Of a stretch of 64,000 bases of DNA, positions 51,984 to 64,000 are shown one piece after another (within the stretch, counting starts at the first letter, position 1; each line of letters opens with the position of its first letter). Made by a program: the position numbers and the translations under genes. Below the pieces are notes generated by a model, which did no database searches, was not told the origin of the DNA, and worked only from the letters and a program-made list of their open reading frames with translations. Source of the stretch: Octopus sinensis (taxonomy: Eukaryota); NCBI RefSeq assembly GCF_006345805.1, contig NC_043009.1, forward strand, positions 49,662,001 through 49,726,000. Reading direction: 5' to 3'.

Positions 51984-52464
51984 GGTGTGTGTATGTGTAT
52001 GTGTGTGTGTGTGTGTGTGTGTTAGGGAGCCAAGGATGTTGTAATGTTGCTGAGAACACACCTTCCATACGTTAAAAAAAAAAAGGAGAAAAATGTAGTT
52101 AAAGCTATAAATAGTTCGGGAAGCAGAGAGTGAGGAGCGTTTCCATGTAATACCATCAAAGTAGATGTTTCCTCTCGGCTCCAGGCCAAATCAAAATGAC
52201 CAATAAGTTTGTTTTTTTTCTCTTCATTTTTGCATTCCCCATTTAACACACACACACACACACACACACTATGCGCCCATATTTAGAAGTTTGGCTTTAA
52301 GACGACATACTAATGAAATATAAAGGTAATGCGTCACGTCTGTTGCTAATGAGTGATGGACTTGTATGGTCAATCGATGCCCATTCCACGCCACTAATAC
52401 AACAAGTGCTTCTATTACAATTGAAAGCGAAACCCCAAAGAAGCCTCTAATTGGATGTTCTATC

Positions 52465-52640
52465 AGTGAGAAATATCAGCTTAAATCTCCCTCAAATCAC
52501 GCCCTATCGGCTTAACTAATAAAGGACCAAATAGACACTGTAATCCGAGACGGAGTAATTTTGAAAAATAATGAGTCATGACTGGAAGGTCACTGATTAT
52601 AAGTCTGCTCGGTCAGGATTTGCCTTGGGTTAAATAACAA
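52465..52640 (+). mobile_element. Old SINE family D copy
   Basis: AAATCTCCCTCAAATCACGCCC...AAGTCTGCTCGGTCAGG...GGGTTAAATAACAAC. Confidence 0.6.
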
Positions 52641-52740
52641 CTTCAACCTAAATCATTAACGTTGTCTTAATTTGTCGTAAGAGAACAGCCTCTACAATAA
52701 AGGTAGCAATGACACAACCATCACCACTGCTACCACTATA

Positions 52741-53180
52741 TAATAATAGTAAGCCTTTCCACTAAAGGCACAAGGCCTGAAATTTGGGGGGGGGAGGGTC
52801 TAGTTAATTACATCAACCCCAGTACGTAACTGGTACTTATTGACTTCCACCCCCAAAAGGATGAAAGGTAAAGTCGACCTCCGCAGAATTTGAACTCAGA
52901 ACGTAAGGATGGACGAAATATATATTTCTTTACTACCCACAAGAGGCTAAACACAGAGGGGATAAACAAGGACAGACAACGGATTAAGTCGATTATATCG
53001 ATCCCAGTGCGTAACTGGTACTTATTTAATCGACCCCCGAAAGGATGAAAGGCAAAGTCGACCTCGGCGGAATTTGAACTCAGAACGTAATGGCAGACGA
53101 AATACGGCTACGTATTTCGCCCGGCGTGCTAACGTTTCTGCCAGCTCGCCGCCTTACATAATAATAATAATAAAAATAAT

Positions 53181-53234
<54 letters not shown>

Positions 53235-53388
53235 AATTTCCCTTTTTATCACTAAGCTTTCGGTTAGAGAGGAGGTTAAAAGGTAAAGTCGGCGGCGGCG
53301 GCATTTGAACTCAGAACGTAATGACGGACGAAATGCTGCTAAGCATTATAACCGGCGTGCAAACGATTCTGCTAAGCTCGCTGCCTGA
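52741..53388 (-). mobile_element. Family C body (52741-52920) abutted by a full family B copy (52923-53153), plus a C head (53270-53388)
   Basis: Junction GGACGAAATA|TA|TATTTCTTTAC; the modules match B and C. Confidence 0.9.
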
Positions 53389-53429
53389 CTTAATAAATAT
53401 TATTGAGTATGAATGAATATTATCATTAC

Positions 53430-53499
<70 letters not shown>

Positions 53500-54457
53500 T
53501 TACTGAAATATTGGTGGGGGCGTTTTGTTAGTAAATTGTGTTTCTGAACGAGTGAGAACACACAGACAGACAGACACAGAGCTGACGACGACGCAGTGGA
53601 AGTCAGAGCAGAAACAAGGTGTGGTGAGGGAGAAGAGAGGAAAAGGAGGAAGGAAGACTGGGTGAAAAGAGAAATGTGAAAATAATTTCCGTTTTCGGAT
53701 CGATTAATAGTGAGTAAGTAGTAAATGTAAGAAAGCTACCAGTTCAGGTTAACAGCGATTAGTCAACAGAAAGCAACAAGCTAGCGAGTAAACAAAACGA
53801 TGGATGGTTTTGTCAAGAGAAAAGACATATTCCAAACACTACAAGCTTTACATTGTTGTTTATTTAACATTGTTATCGTTGTTTAAGTAATATTAGAGTT
53901 TGAAGTACAAATAAATAGCACCGGTATATTTATTATAAAATGCTGTGGAAAATAAATAGGTGGGTGGCGAATAAAAAATGAAATCCTTTCCATCACACAC
54001 ACGTGCACACGCATGCGCGTACGAGCGCGCATACAAACACGCACGCACACGCACGCGCATTCTCATTCGTGACCTTGAGATTCCAGTTTCGATCCCACTG
54101 TGTAAGTATCTCGGTCAAGTACTTGTACCACAGCCTCGAATCGACTCGAGCCGCTGGACGAAAATTGTTTAGAGAAAAGCCCGTTGGGTGGACTCTATTT
54201 GTGAATACGAAATACTGGCCGCGCCGATTTTGCTTGTTAAGACTATACGTATCTGTGGAGCACACAGCCACTTAGCACACAAATACAATGAATGTCGAGA
54301 TAATCGAACAACTTGACGCTCATGCGTGTAAATCGACAGGAGAGTCCATTACATATATCGATATCGATCTTATTATTTATCTATCTATCAATAAACGAGA
54401 CAGATAACTGCTTCAGTCGTAATGACATTATTTATACACAAAGAGGAAGAAGGAGTA

Positions 54458-54860
54458 ACTCTTTACTCTTTTACTTGTTTCAGTCATTTGACTGAGGCCA
54501 TGCTGGAGCACCGCCTTTAGTCGAGCAAATCGACCCCAGGTCTTATTCTTTGTAAGCCCAGTACTTATGCTATCGTTCTCTTTTGCCGAACCACTAAGTG
54601 ACGGGGACGTAAACACACCAGCATCGGTTGTCAAGCAATGCTAGGGGGACAAACACAGACACACAAACACACACACATATATATATATACATATATCCGA
54701 CAGGCTTCTTTCAGTTTCCGTCTACCAAATCCACTCACAAGGCATTGGTCGGTCCGGGGCTATAGCAGAAGACACTAGCCCAAGATGCCACGCAGTGGGA
54801 CTGAACCCGCAACCATGTGGTTGGTTAGCAAGCTACTTACCACACAGCCACTCCTGCGCC
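54458..54860 (-). mobile_element. SINE family A, full length
   Basis: Head to tail reverse-complement match. Confidence 0.95.
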
Positions 54861-56149
54861 TATATACAATAGTGATAATTTTATAGACACTGGGCCTTTA
54901 AACAACGACCATAAATCTCACTGGTCCCAGACACCCACTTGGAAGGAAAGCACGATGCAAAATTAAGTAAGAATTAACTAAGGTGCTTCCAAAAATGAAA
55001 TATGTATTGATAGATCAAGCAAAAATGCGTTTAGAGAACAGTGGAAAGAGTGCAAATATATCAGAGTTTCACATTGCATGATGGCTAGTGCAGTTCAGTG
55101 CTCTGATAGGTGAGGCAATTTATTCGTAGAATGCACGATCAGGGCTTACCTGGGACTACACAGAAACAAGTTGATACCCCAAATTCTAAAAGGAATAGAC
55201 GATGAAACTACAAGTGTGGTGAGAAAGAGAAATATGGGTCGGGGGATTTCTCGTTTCATTTCCTAACAAGAACGAACTATTTTCAAGCTATTTTCCCCTA
55301 AAATACTTCAGCTTCGTCTGATGTGTAAGGAGAATGCCAGAATGTCGGAACTTGTCAGTCTTGAAGCTATTGACAAGGGCTGAGTTTATAAGGGGCATGA
55401 AACTTGATATTTTTCAAGGGAATGAAAACGTGAAGCCACTTAGTAACAACACTGCTTCAAATCTGCAAACGGAAACCGGGTGGTGAACTCAGCTGACCGA
55501 GAGCTTGTCTTTATTCAACGTAGCTCGACTAAGTTATACGCATAAGAAAAAAAAAAAAAAACACTTTAGGCAAATTTTTGGAATCAGGAATTCAAACTGA
55601 AGCGGACTGCGGATTTTTAAAACCTTCTTCGATTAAATAACAAACCCCGAATATTAGGTTCATATATATATATATATAACTGTCAACCCTTGAGTCACTT
55701 TCATTAATTTCCTACTGATTAATAAAAATAATACACAAAGGCATTATATATATAAAACGAGCTTTGAAATCTGTTCGGAAAAGACATGTGAATTTCATAT
55801 TTCCGTAGGTGACATAAAAAGCCGGACTGGCGTCATCGTACTGCAATAATGTAGGTGACATGACAAAAGGGGAAAGAATTATTAGTAATAATATCCCCCG
55901 CAAACTCTGCCAAGAGTACACGGCCATGTACAAAAATACAAAACAAAGAAAATAACATTGAATGATAAATGTTTTTTTTTGTTAAATGCGAAGAGAATAT
56001 ACAAAAAATAACATTAATAGCACACAAGACCCAAAGAAATCTCAAAATTTAGAAGCACAATAGCACAGAATAGTTTGTTTTATATCTATGATGAAATTCT
56101 CGAGAATTTTTGAGTGCTCAAATCAAGCGCTATGAACGCGTTGGCCGGT

Positions 56150-56430
56150 AACAAACTTTATTGTGAAGCAAGTACATTAGACGGTGGAATAGGTTTTTAA
56201 TAAAGAAGTAGTTAAGTTAGAGCCAGAGGGTTCGGTTTTCATTGAGTGTACAATATATGTAAGTAAGTATGCTAAACATTTTTGACGAGTGGTGGAATGC
56301 TTTTGAGGTGAGATCCAATAGAGTTGGCGTTTGTAAAGAGTTTTCGGATATAAGGATAGCTGCTAATCGCTTGAATTGATCTGACAATCGATCAGAGATG
56401 TATTCACGAGATAGCAGCCACCTGTGAAAA
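56150..56430 (-). mobile_element. Possible decayed CR1/Jockey-type LINE ORF2 C-terminal relic
   Basis: Minus-strand blocks HLKSIPPLVK and YCTLNENRT loosely resemble the ...IIPPL...R......HPY.V.L...RT pattern. Weak. Confidence 0.25.
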
Positions 56431-57339
56431 GAAAGTTGGACGAGGGATGGAGAAAGACACCTTGACTATATATAAGTTTCAGAAAACTAAATAACAAAAT
56501 AAACAAAATTAATAAATCTTGGTGATTGTCACCAGTCACGCATAGTCAACTTATGAAGTGCCCCTACCTTGCCCAGACAAGGGTTTGTTACAGTGAAAAG
56601 GGGATATAAAAACTGTATGACAAATGGGTTGCGAGCTGCTAGGATTATTATTCTTTGCTGCGGTTATTGTTGTTGTGGTCGTTGTAGTGGTGGTGGGTGG
56701 TGGTGGTGGGTCCGCTCATTGTCCTCCTTCACAGAGTAGTCATAAAAGGGGAATAGAGCAGGATAATTAGGTACCGTGAAAATACTTAAGGGGGACACAG
56801 AATGTGTGAATATTAGGAGTTGCTAAATTGAAAAGACTAAACTGGTTATTTCATTTGTGTGTTTTTGTTGTTGTTGTTGTGGGTAACGCAGATCTCGACG
56901 GAGAGTAACAGTAACAACAAGAATGAAGAATGCAATTACTGAAGTATGCTTACACAGTATTCAAACAAAGAACATGAAGATCTGTTGATGATATCTGATT
57001 GAGGATAGCAAGAAACATTATACCTATCTTTCTCATATATATATATACACATACATGCATACACTCACTGTCAGAAGTATGTGGTTGAGAGAAAATTAAT
57101 TGCTAAATATGGCGTCAAGCAAAAACATGGCAGTATCGTTCGTTGGTTCGCGCTCATTTCTCTAATTTTGAGAAACCATATAAAGGCTCCCTCTGTGGCT
57201 TCTAGTAACATATTTCAGTATTTAAACGAATGTATATTTGAAGACAGAGGTTTCGATTCAGGATGTTTGTTGATAATTATATATAAAGTTTTTGGGGGTC
57301 TTTCTTTTTTATTTTTTATTAAATATTCTTTTATCGATG

Positions 57340-57545
57340 TCGTTGTTGTTTAGCCTCAAGCCAGTCCAATCGAGCACGCTCATCATTAAAAGGCCTTTCA
57401 TCCGAGAACATATTTTACAAAACTATGTAGCATTTTCTACGATATCCCAGCATTATTCAAAAGGGCAGTTTGATTTTAGGGCTCATATAAGAAGGGATTT
57501 GCAGTTACCTGTTTATGTAAACGGATGCTGTATTCAGTTGTCAAA
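57340..57545 (-). mobile_element. Old SINE family D copy
   Basis: GTTGTTGTTTAGCCTCAAG...GATCGAGCA-like tail in reverse orientation. Confidence 0.5.
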
Positions 57546-57606
57546 CTATAGTAACTATCCCTTACTCTCTGCTTGTGTCTCCCTCTATTTATCACTACTT
57601 TACTAC

Positions 57607-57641
<35 letters not shown>

Positions 57642-57960
57642 AGGAAAAGATAGAGATATAGATATAGATTAAAGAGAAACTAAAGGAGGAAGAACATGAT
57701 AGGATGTTTCACGTATTTTAGAAACTTTGGTTAACGCACACAAGGTCTCATTCTTAACTCGCCAATGATGATACATTTCAACTTTCTGTCTTTCTCCATC
57801 TTTTTTGCCAGAGAGTAGACGGAAGTTGAGAGATTTGACAGCTATTATACCAAATAAATCTTGTATAAATTTTCACCGTATGATTGCAAGTAGTTTCTGG
57901 ATGAAACATGACGTACATACAAACAATTCGCCTTGGTGAATGTGTGTATATATGTGTGTG

Positions 57961-58031
<71 letters not shown>

Positions 58032-59425
58032 CATACACGCGCCTATGAAAATATATATAAAAAATCAGATATAAAAAATATTTATAAATATATTCATAAA
58101 TATATACACATAACTATGTGTATACATAAATGTGTATATATATATATATGTATACCATAAAAATATATCAGATGTTTAAGAGAGATTCTTTAGTTAGTAA
58201 ATCTAGAGTGGTTGAAAGGAGAAATAAAAAGCAAAGATAGAGAAGGAAAGAGACAGATGAAGAAGGCTGGATGGAAAGTGATGGGGCTACAGAAAATGAC
58301 TATTTTCTTTCTTACAGCTAAGACCAAAGAACATTAAGCAAGAGCGAAGGCTATTTTAGGTCAATGTAAGAAAGGAGAGAAAGAGTTGATGGAGGGGCGG
58401 GGGGGGGGTCTCAGTTCTGGAAGATCATATTTTGTTAAACTAGTGTAAAAAAAAAAAAGGAAAAAAAAGTTTGTGAGAATAAAGCTGTAAACGGGAAGAC
58501 GGAGATTCAGGGGAGTTAATAATGCCATCGACAAAGATGATATTTTTGACAATGAATAAATATGGTGGCAACAGTGTGTGTGTGTGTGTGTGTGTGTTGT
58601 GTGTGTGTGTGTGATCAGTTCGGATACTCTGAACTACATGAAATCGGCAGCACCAGAACATCAAACATAATATAATGTCGAAATCCCAAGTGAGGTCGCG
58701 CAACGAAATTATTTTTATGTGTTGATATAGAGAGGAAGGACTACGTTTCACATCCTTTGAAGGCTCTCCCTCCCTGCAGTTAATTCACACTCTCTCTCTC
58801 TCCTCTATTTTTGTCCCCCCGCAATATATGAGATTTTTGTTAGCTGGCAGAGAGAGAGAGAGAGAGAGAGAGTGAGAGAAAGGGGGAAGGTGGGGAGGAA
58901 GGAAAAAAAAAACGTTGTACGAAGACATCACACTGAAATGATATCGCTGTTGAATATGCCATATTCTGGGGATAATAACTGTGATGTTGAGAGCAACATT
59001 AGACAAGTGTAAAGAGACAGGAAGGGCTAAGGTAACAAGAGTACAGCTGGGAGCAAATTCTAATATATCTGATTCGTGTCAAACCCCAACTGCGACTAGT
59101 ATTACTGAATCTCCATGTTCGCTTCTTCACGCTTCAAGATGCTTATCAAAATATTAATAAGTCATGTATGTACGTGTGTGTGTGTGTGTGTGTTGTGTGT
59201 GTGTGTGTGTGTGTGTGTGTGAGCAGAACAGATGTGCCGGTGTGGATGTGTAAAATAACACTTACGGAAAGTATATGCGGTTGTTCACGAAACTGTAATT
59301 ATATCATTTGCTATACATGACAACTGTGATACTTTCTAACCGACGGATATTCAATACGTATGCTGAAGTGATCGATAGAACTAAGAATAGATTTTCATAA
59401 AACACGCTGAATTTGCATTAAAGCC

Positions 59426-59463
<38 letters not shown>

Positions 59464-60150
59464 AATTTACATGTATGTATATAAATATGTATTGTGCGTT
59501 ACATATCCGGAGCCAAATCATTAAGATTCTATAAGAGTTCAGATCAGATAAAATAATACTAACGTTTCTTTGAGATATGAGTAAATAGGACGTTCATATG
59601 TTAGTACCCGAGTAGAAAGCAATATTCTCCATGAGTCAGCTGAATAAAAACGCGGTTCACCCTAGTACTTTGATACTTTATTTTATCGACCTCACCATCA
59701 CCACCACAAAGGATGAAAAGCAAAACTGATCTCTGTGTCTGTGTAATATTTAGTTATTCGTTTTTTGTTTTGTTTTTTTATAAATGCCAAATGTTTTTTC
59801 TTCCTTTTGTCAATGCGATAATTATATACACATTGTGGAATTTGAGCGTGTACCTATTCAGATGGAAAACTCCATGTATATTTGATGTTCAACAAAGCAC
59901 CATTGTTGAGTGAATATGGCCAACTGACAGTTCTGTCGGTTAATTGTCGACAGTCGTTGGGACTGAAACGAACAACAGACGTTAAAATCAACAGGTAAAG
60001 GTAACCTTCAAGCCATTGATTACTTGCAAACAAGTTCATCAACAAAGTGTAACTGCTTTATGGGAAATTGAGAGAGCGACACTAAGCAGTATGTGTGAGT
60101 GTAACAACAAATATATAGAGAGAGATATATGGATCGGATAAGAGCGAGCG

Positions 60151-60190
<40 letters not shown>

Positions 60191-61220
60191 AGAGAGAAAG
60201 AGAGAGATGAGAGAGTGATGAGAAGTAGGAAATATGGCTTCTTGAGATGCTCAGTAATTGAATGTTTGTATTCTGTGATAGTGTGCACATAGAGGACAAT
60301 CAATCGCGTGTATTGATCTGGACCACCAGCAGACGTAAAGGAAGTCATTTTGATGATGACAACAACAACAACCACAGCAAACATAACCACGACATAGTAA
60401 CTACTATTATACTGTACAATGCTTACCTATTCATTAATCTATCTATCTATTTGTATAGGCAGCTAGCTTCAAGCGATGTCAATAATAACTACTGTTCCAG
60501 ACAATATTACACACGCACGTCCTCATGCACAGACACACACAGAAAATAAGGTCTTACAATTTCTTCCGTATTCTGAGTGCAATCGTGTGCAATGATAACT
60601 GTTAACACAAACATTATTAATATGCTTACGTAAGAGTGTGCATGTAATGCTTGTGTGTATGCGTTTGTATATTTGCATTTTCTTAATAACAATGACCAAA
60701 CTAAATATACATTAAGATGCAAATATGTGAACCTGTACGAGTTTGTGTGTATCAATACATGTATAACATCGCACACATACACATAAATATATTAGATGAT
60801 GTTGAGCATATGCATATATTCATGTATATGCATGCATTTGTGTTTACTAACTAAATAATTTAAACAAGTCCCTTCTGTGTGTAACAGCTTCAGAAGATGT
60901 ATACTCGTTTTCGATCCCTATCGTTCTGTCCGCTCTACTGAGCAGGTTAACAAAAGATCTTAACTGAAACAATACTGTTTCTCTCTTAATGGCCTTAATC
61001 AGCCATGTGAAACTCGAAAAGTTCCAGGTACCAGAGCAAAGTTAGTAGGTTACAAATCCAGGGTAGTAGACGGGTAGTTGTTGCTATTGTTTAGTCACAA
61101 GTGAAGCCTAATCGAGTCTTAGTTTCTGGCTTAGTAGTCTTCTCTTTTGGTCACGTGATCACGTTGAGGTCATTAGTTGACTTAGCGACAGGGTGTTTTT
61201 GTTTTTTTTAATGTGTACCA

Positions 61221-61450
61221 CGGTAGTTCTCAACCATTTTTTTTTTTTTGCCCGTAGACCCCTTTGATTACTATTCGACTCAGGTAAACTCCTATAGCCC
61301 CTCGATGCTTTAAAAGTCCTATTGCATTTTTATAATTAAATATTATTAGGAATTATATTTTAGAAATTGCTTCAAATATTTCGTGTATTGTAGAAGTATA
61401 ACCAATTCACTGAACACATTTTAACGACGAAGTTCTATATGGATCCCAAG
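61221..61450 (-). mobile_element. Partial hAT MITE related to 34107-34448
   Basis: GTAGTTCTCAACCATTTT...GACCCCTTTGATTA matches the reverse complement of the right end of the 34107 MITE. Confidence 0.65.
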
Positions 61451-61454
61451 CTCG

Positions 61455-61625
61455 GAGTCAAATCTGATCGAGCAGACGTATGACCGAATGCATTCCAGCC
61501 ACGGCTCTCCAGTTTTTTTTTTTTCCATTTAACATGTATTTAATGTGCAAGCCTCAATTAATGGTGTAATTTGACAGAAATCTGGAGCTATTTCTAGTGG
61601 ATCAAGTGACTGCATAGAGGTCCCC
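61455..61625 (-). mobile_element. Old SINE family D copy
   Basis: GATCGAGCAGAC...ATTCCAGCCACGG...GCTATTTCTAG. Confidence 0.55.
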
Positions 61626-63556
61626 CCTTCATAGTTCACATGTAGGAAGTTAAATATTTTGAGAAATGAGGCCGTATTAATTGCTACAATATCAAAATCT
61701 TAAAGATGATAACCACCACTATATTCGTTGATATGTTGCCTAGTAACTGCGATAATTAGATAAACTCAGTTCCTGAGACTAAATATTCCGCACTATTTTC
61801 ACCATTTTCGCCACTTTAAGTTACTGGTTTAGTTATGTGTCGATGGTGAAATTTTATTACAAAAATATGAAGTCTGGCCTAGAATACAATAGAAATTCAA
61901 TGACATTAATCGGGAATGTCTAAACTAATATCAGAATATCCAGAATAATGCACGACTGATTGATAGGCTGACAAGACGAGACGGTGATCGATGCGTAAAT
62001 GTATTGAAAGATATGCGATCACGTTAAATCGGGTTAATTACTATGATGATCAATTCATATCCAGCTCTTCATTTTTGAGATTAAATGAAATCTCCAAACA
62101 TCGACATAAACTGAAAGGAATTTAACCCGTTCCTACCCTGTCACCTGTTAATGGTTATACAGAAGTGGGGGTAGGAGAAAGGGGAAATAAGCTGAAGTAA
62201 ATACATTTCGAATTTAACGCGAAACCAAACAGGTGACAAAGCAATTTAATTTACACGGAGTTGTCGAATTTCTCACTACTACAAAGGTAGACTACGGCAA
62301 TACGACAGTCAACATTAAACACTCGGCTTTCTTTGATTATCCTACACATCTGAACTGGATGGATCTCTTGCACCTGACTGCATTGATTAAATCGAAACAG
62401 GATCTCTTGCACCCGAACGCATCGATTAGATCGGGTTAATATTGGTAGCTTCTTCAATGAACCTTGAGCAATCGATTGGTATCGATTCTTAGAAAGTCGA
62501 CAAAACAGTGTTAACTGAAAGGATATTGGAATGTTACTTGTGCCAAAAGAAGTCAGACCAAAATTTCCTCAAAAAACTAAAAAGTTGAAAAAAAAAAAGA
62601 AATCTAAATAAATTCAAATAAAATAGCGAATAAGAAGAAAGAAGAAAAGAGACAAGAATTTTGAACTGACCCAGTCTTCTTATTACGTTATTCTGATTGG
62701 CGTGTTACAAAACACAGAGTGAATTGTGAATTGGTAGCTGACATTAGCCCAAATGCTTTCTTTTATTCTCTTCGATTTCTTTATTCGTTTTATTTTTCTT
62801 TAACAGAATATTAAAAATAGTTTTCGATTGACTAATCGTCAAAAATCTTAGTAAACACGCAACCATAATAAACTAGATTATATTTGACTTTAAAAAAAAA
62901 ATCTAACTTTTTTTTTTGAAATTCATGTGGTAGTACTTAGTATTAAATGGAAACCTCATGGTTTAAAGCCGAAACGATCAAAGAGAATGTTAAAGAAATA
63001 GAAACAAAAACAGAATAGAAAAAAAAAACATAACCTAACAGATCGATGGATACAAAGATATAAAAAGGTTTCAATGAAAGAATGATTATTCTTAATCTTA
63101 TGCATGAGAAGAAAAATTGATTTCTTCCCCAAAGAATCAAAATCGAACATAGTGAGAAAATGTTTTAATTTTTTTTTTTTCCTATATTTTTCTTTTCTGT
63201 TTTTGCCCATTTCTTCGTATGGAAAACTTGACATTGCAAGAACCGACAAAGCCACTGAATTGTCAGAATGGTTACATAGAGCAGCAGCACAAGTTTACGT
63301 AGCTCACAATATGGAGATGTATGTATTTTAAGATTCATCACACCGTCACTGATTTAGTGTTTTTTTCTTCTCATTTCTCTAGGGTCATTTTAAGGAACCA
63401 TACCTTTTATCTCTTTATCAAGCTATACATACACGCATATTTACATACATATGAATATACACGTACGCTCGTTTGTGCATATATATATGCCTATATGTGT
63501 GCCACACACCTGTAAGCATATATATATACACATATATACATATATTATACATATAA

Positions 63557-63782
63557 GGCGGCGAGCTGGCAGAAACGTTAGCGCGCGGGCGAAATGCTTA
63601 GCGGTATTTCGTCTGTTGTTACGTTCTGGGTTCAAATTCCGCCGAGGTCGACTTTGCCTTTCATCTTTTCGGTGTCGATAAATAAAGTACCAGTTTCGCA
63701 TTGAGGTCGATGTAATCGACTTAAACCCTTTGTCCTTGTTTGTCCCCTCTATGTTTAGCCCCTTGTGGGTAGCAAAGAAATA
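63557..63782 (+). mobile_element. SINE family B inserted in TA-rich microsatellite
   Basis: GGCGGCGAGCTGGCAG to GCAAAGAAATA. Confidence 0.93.
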
Positions 63783-64000
63783 TATACATATATTATACAT
63801 ACACACACATACATATATATACACATACACACACATACATATATCATGCAGCCATCAGCCAGAATGCTTGGCAACAACAGAGAGAATTTCTAATTAGTGT
63901 CTAACAAATTTGATACTAATGCGCACACGAATACTCACATACTTATACCATATTTATTTTGATTTAATTGTGTGCGCACACACACAAAGAAAATACAAGA

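Noticed and set aside
606-63836. YI/VC/HT/ER-rich ORFs throughout the track
   Set aside because: Translations of dinucleotide and tetranucleotide microsatellites, GA tracts or SINE bodies.

Overview
AT-rich, microsatellite-dense metazoan intronic/intergenic DNA. The SINE families point to an octopus (species not determinable). There is no complete protein-coding gene, rRNA, true tRNA or CRISPR array. Nearly every ORF in the track is a translation of (TA)n, (TG)n, (CATA)n, (AAT)n or GA-rich repeats. Contents: (1) many tRNA-derived SINEs in at least four families (labelled A-D here); (2) hAT-type MITEs with TIRs and 8-bp TSDs; (3) a 5'-truncated CR1/L2-type LINE 3' end with an open ORF2 C-terminus; (4) a decayed Penelope-like retroelement whose 3' tail holds a type I hammerhead ribozyme core with an AAUAAA loop in helix II; (5) a CpG- and motif-rich promoter-like island near 30.9-31.1 kb and several candidate minus-strand exons that may belong to one long-intron gene running off the left edge. 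The most notable observations are the hammerhead, the repeated insertion of SINE family B at GGTAT sites (including the same site in sibling SINE heads), a snap-back palindrome at one insertion junction, and the tentative gene model. All calls are by eye, with no database search or folding computation.
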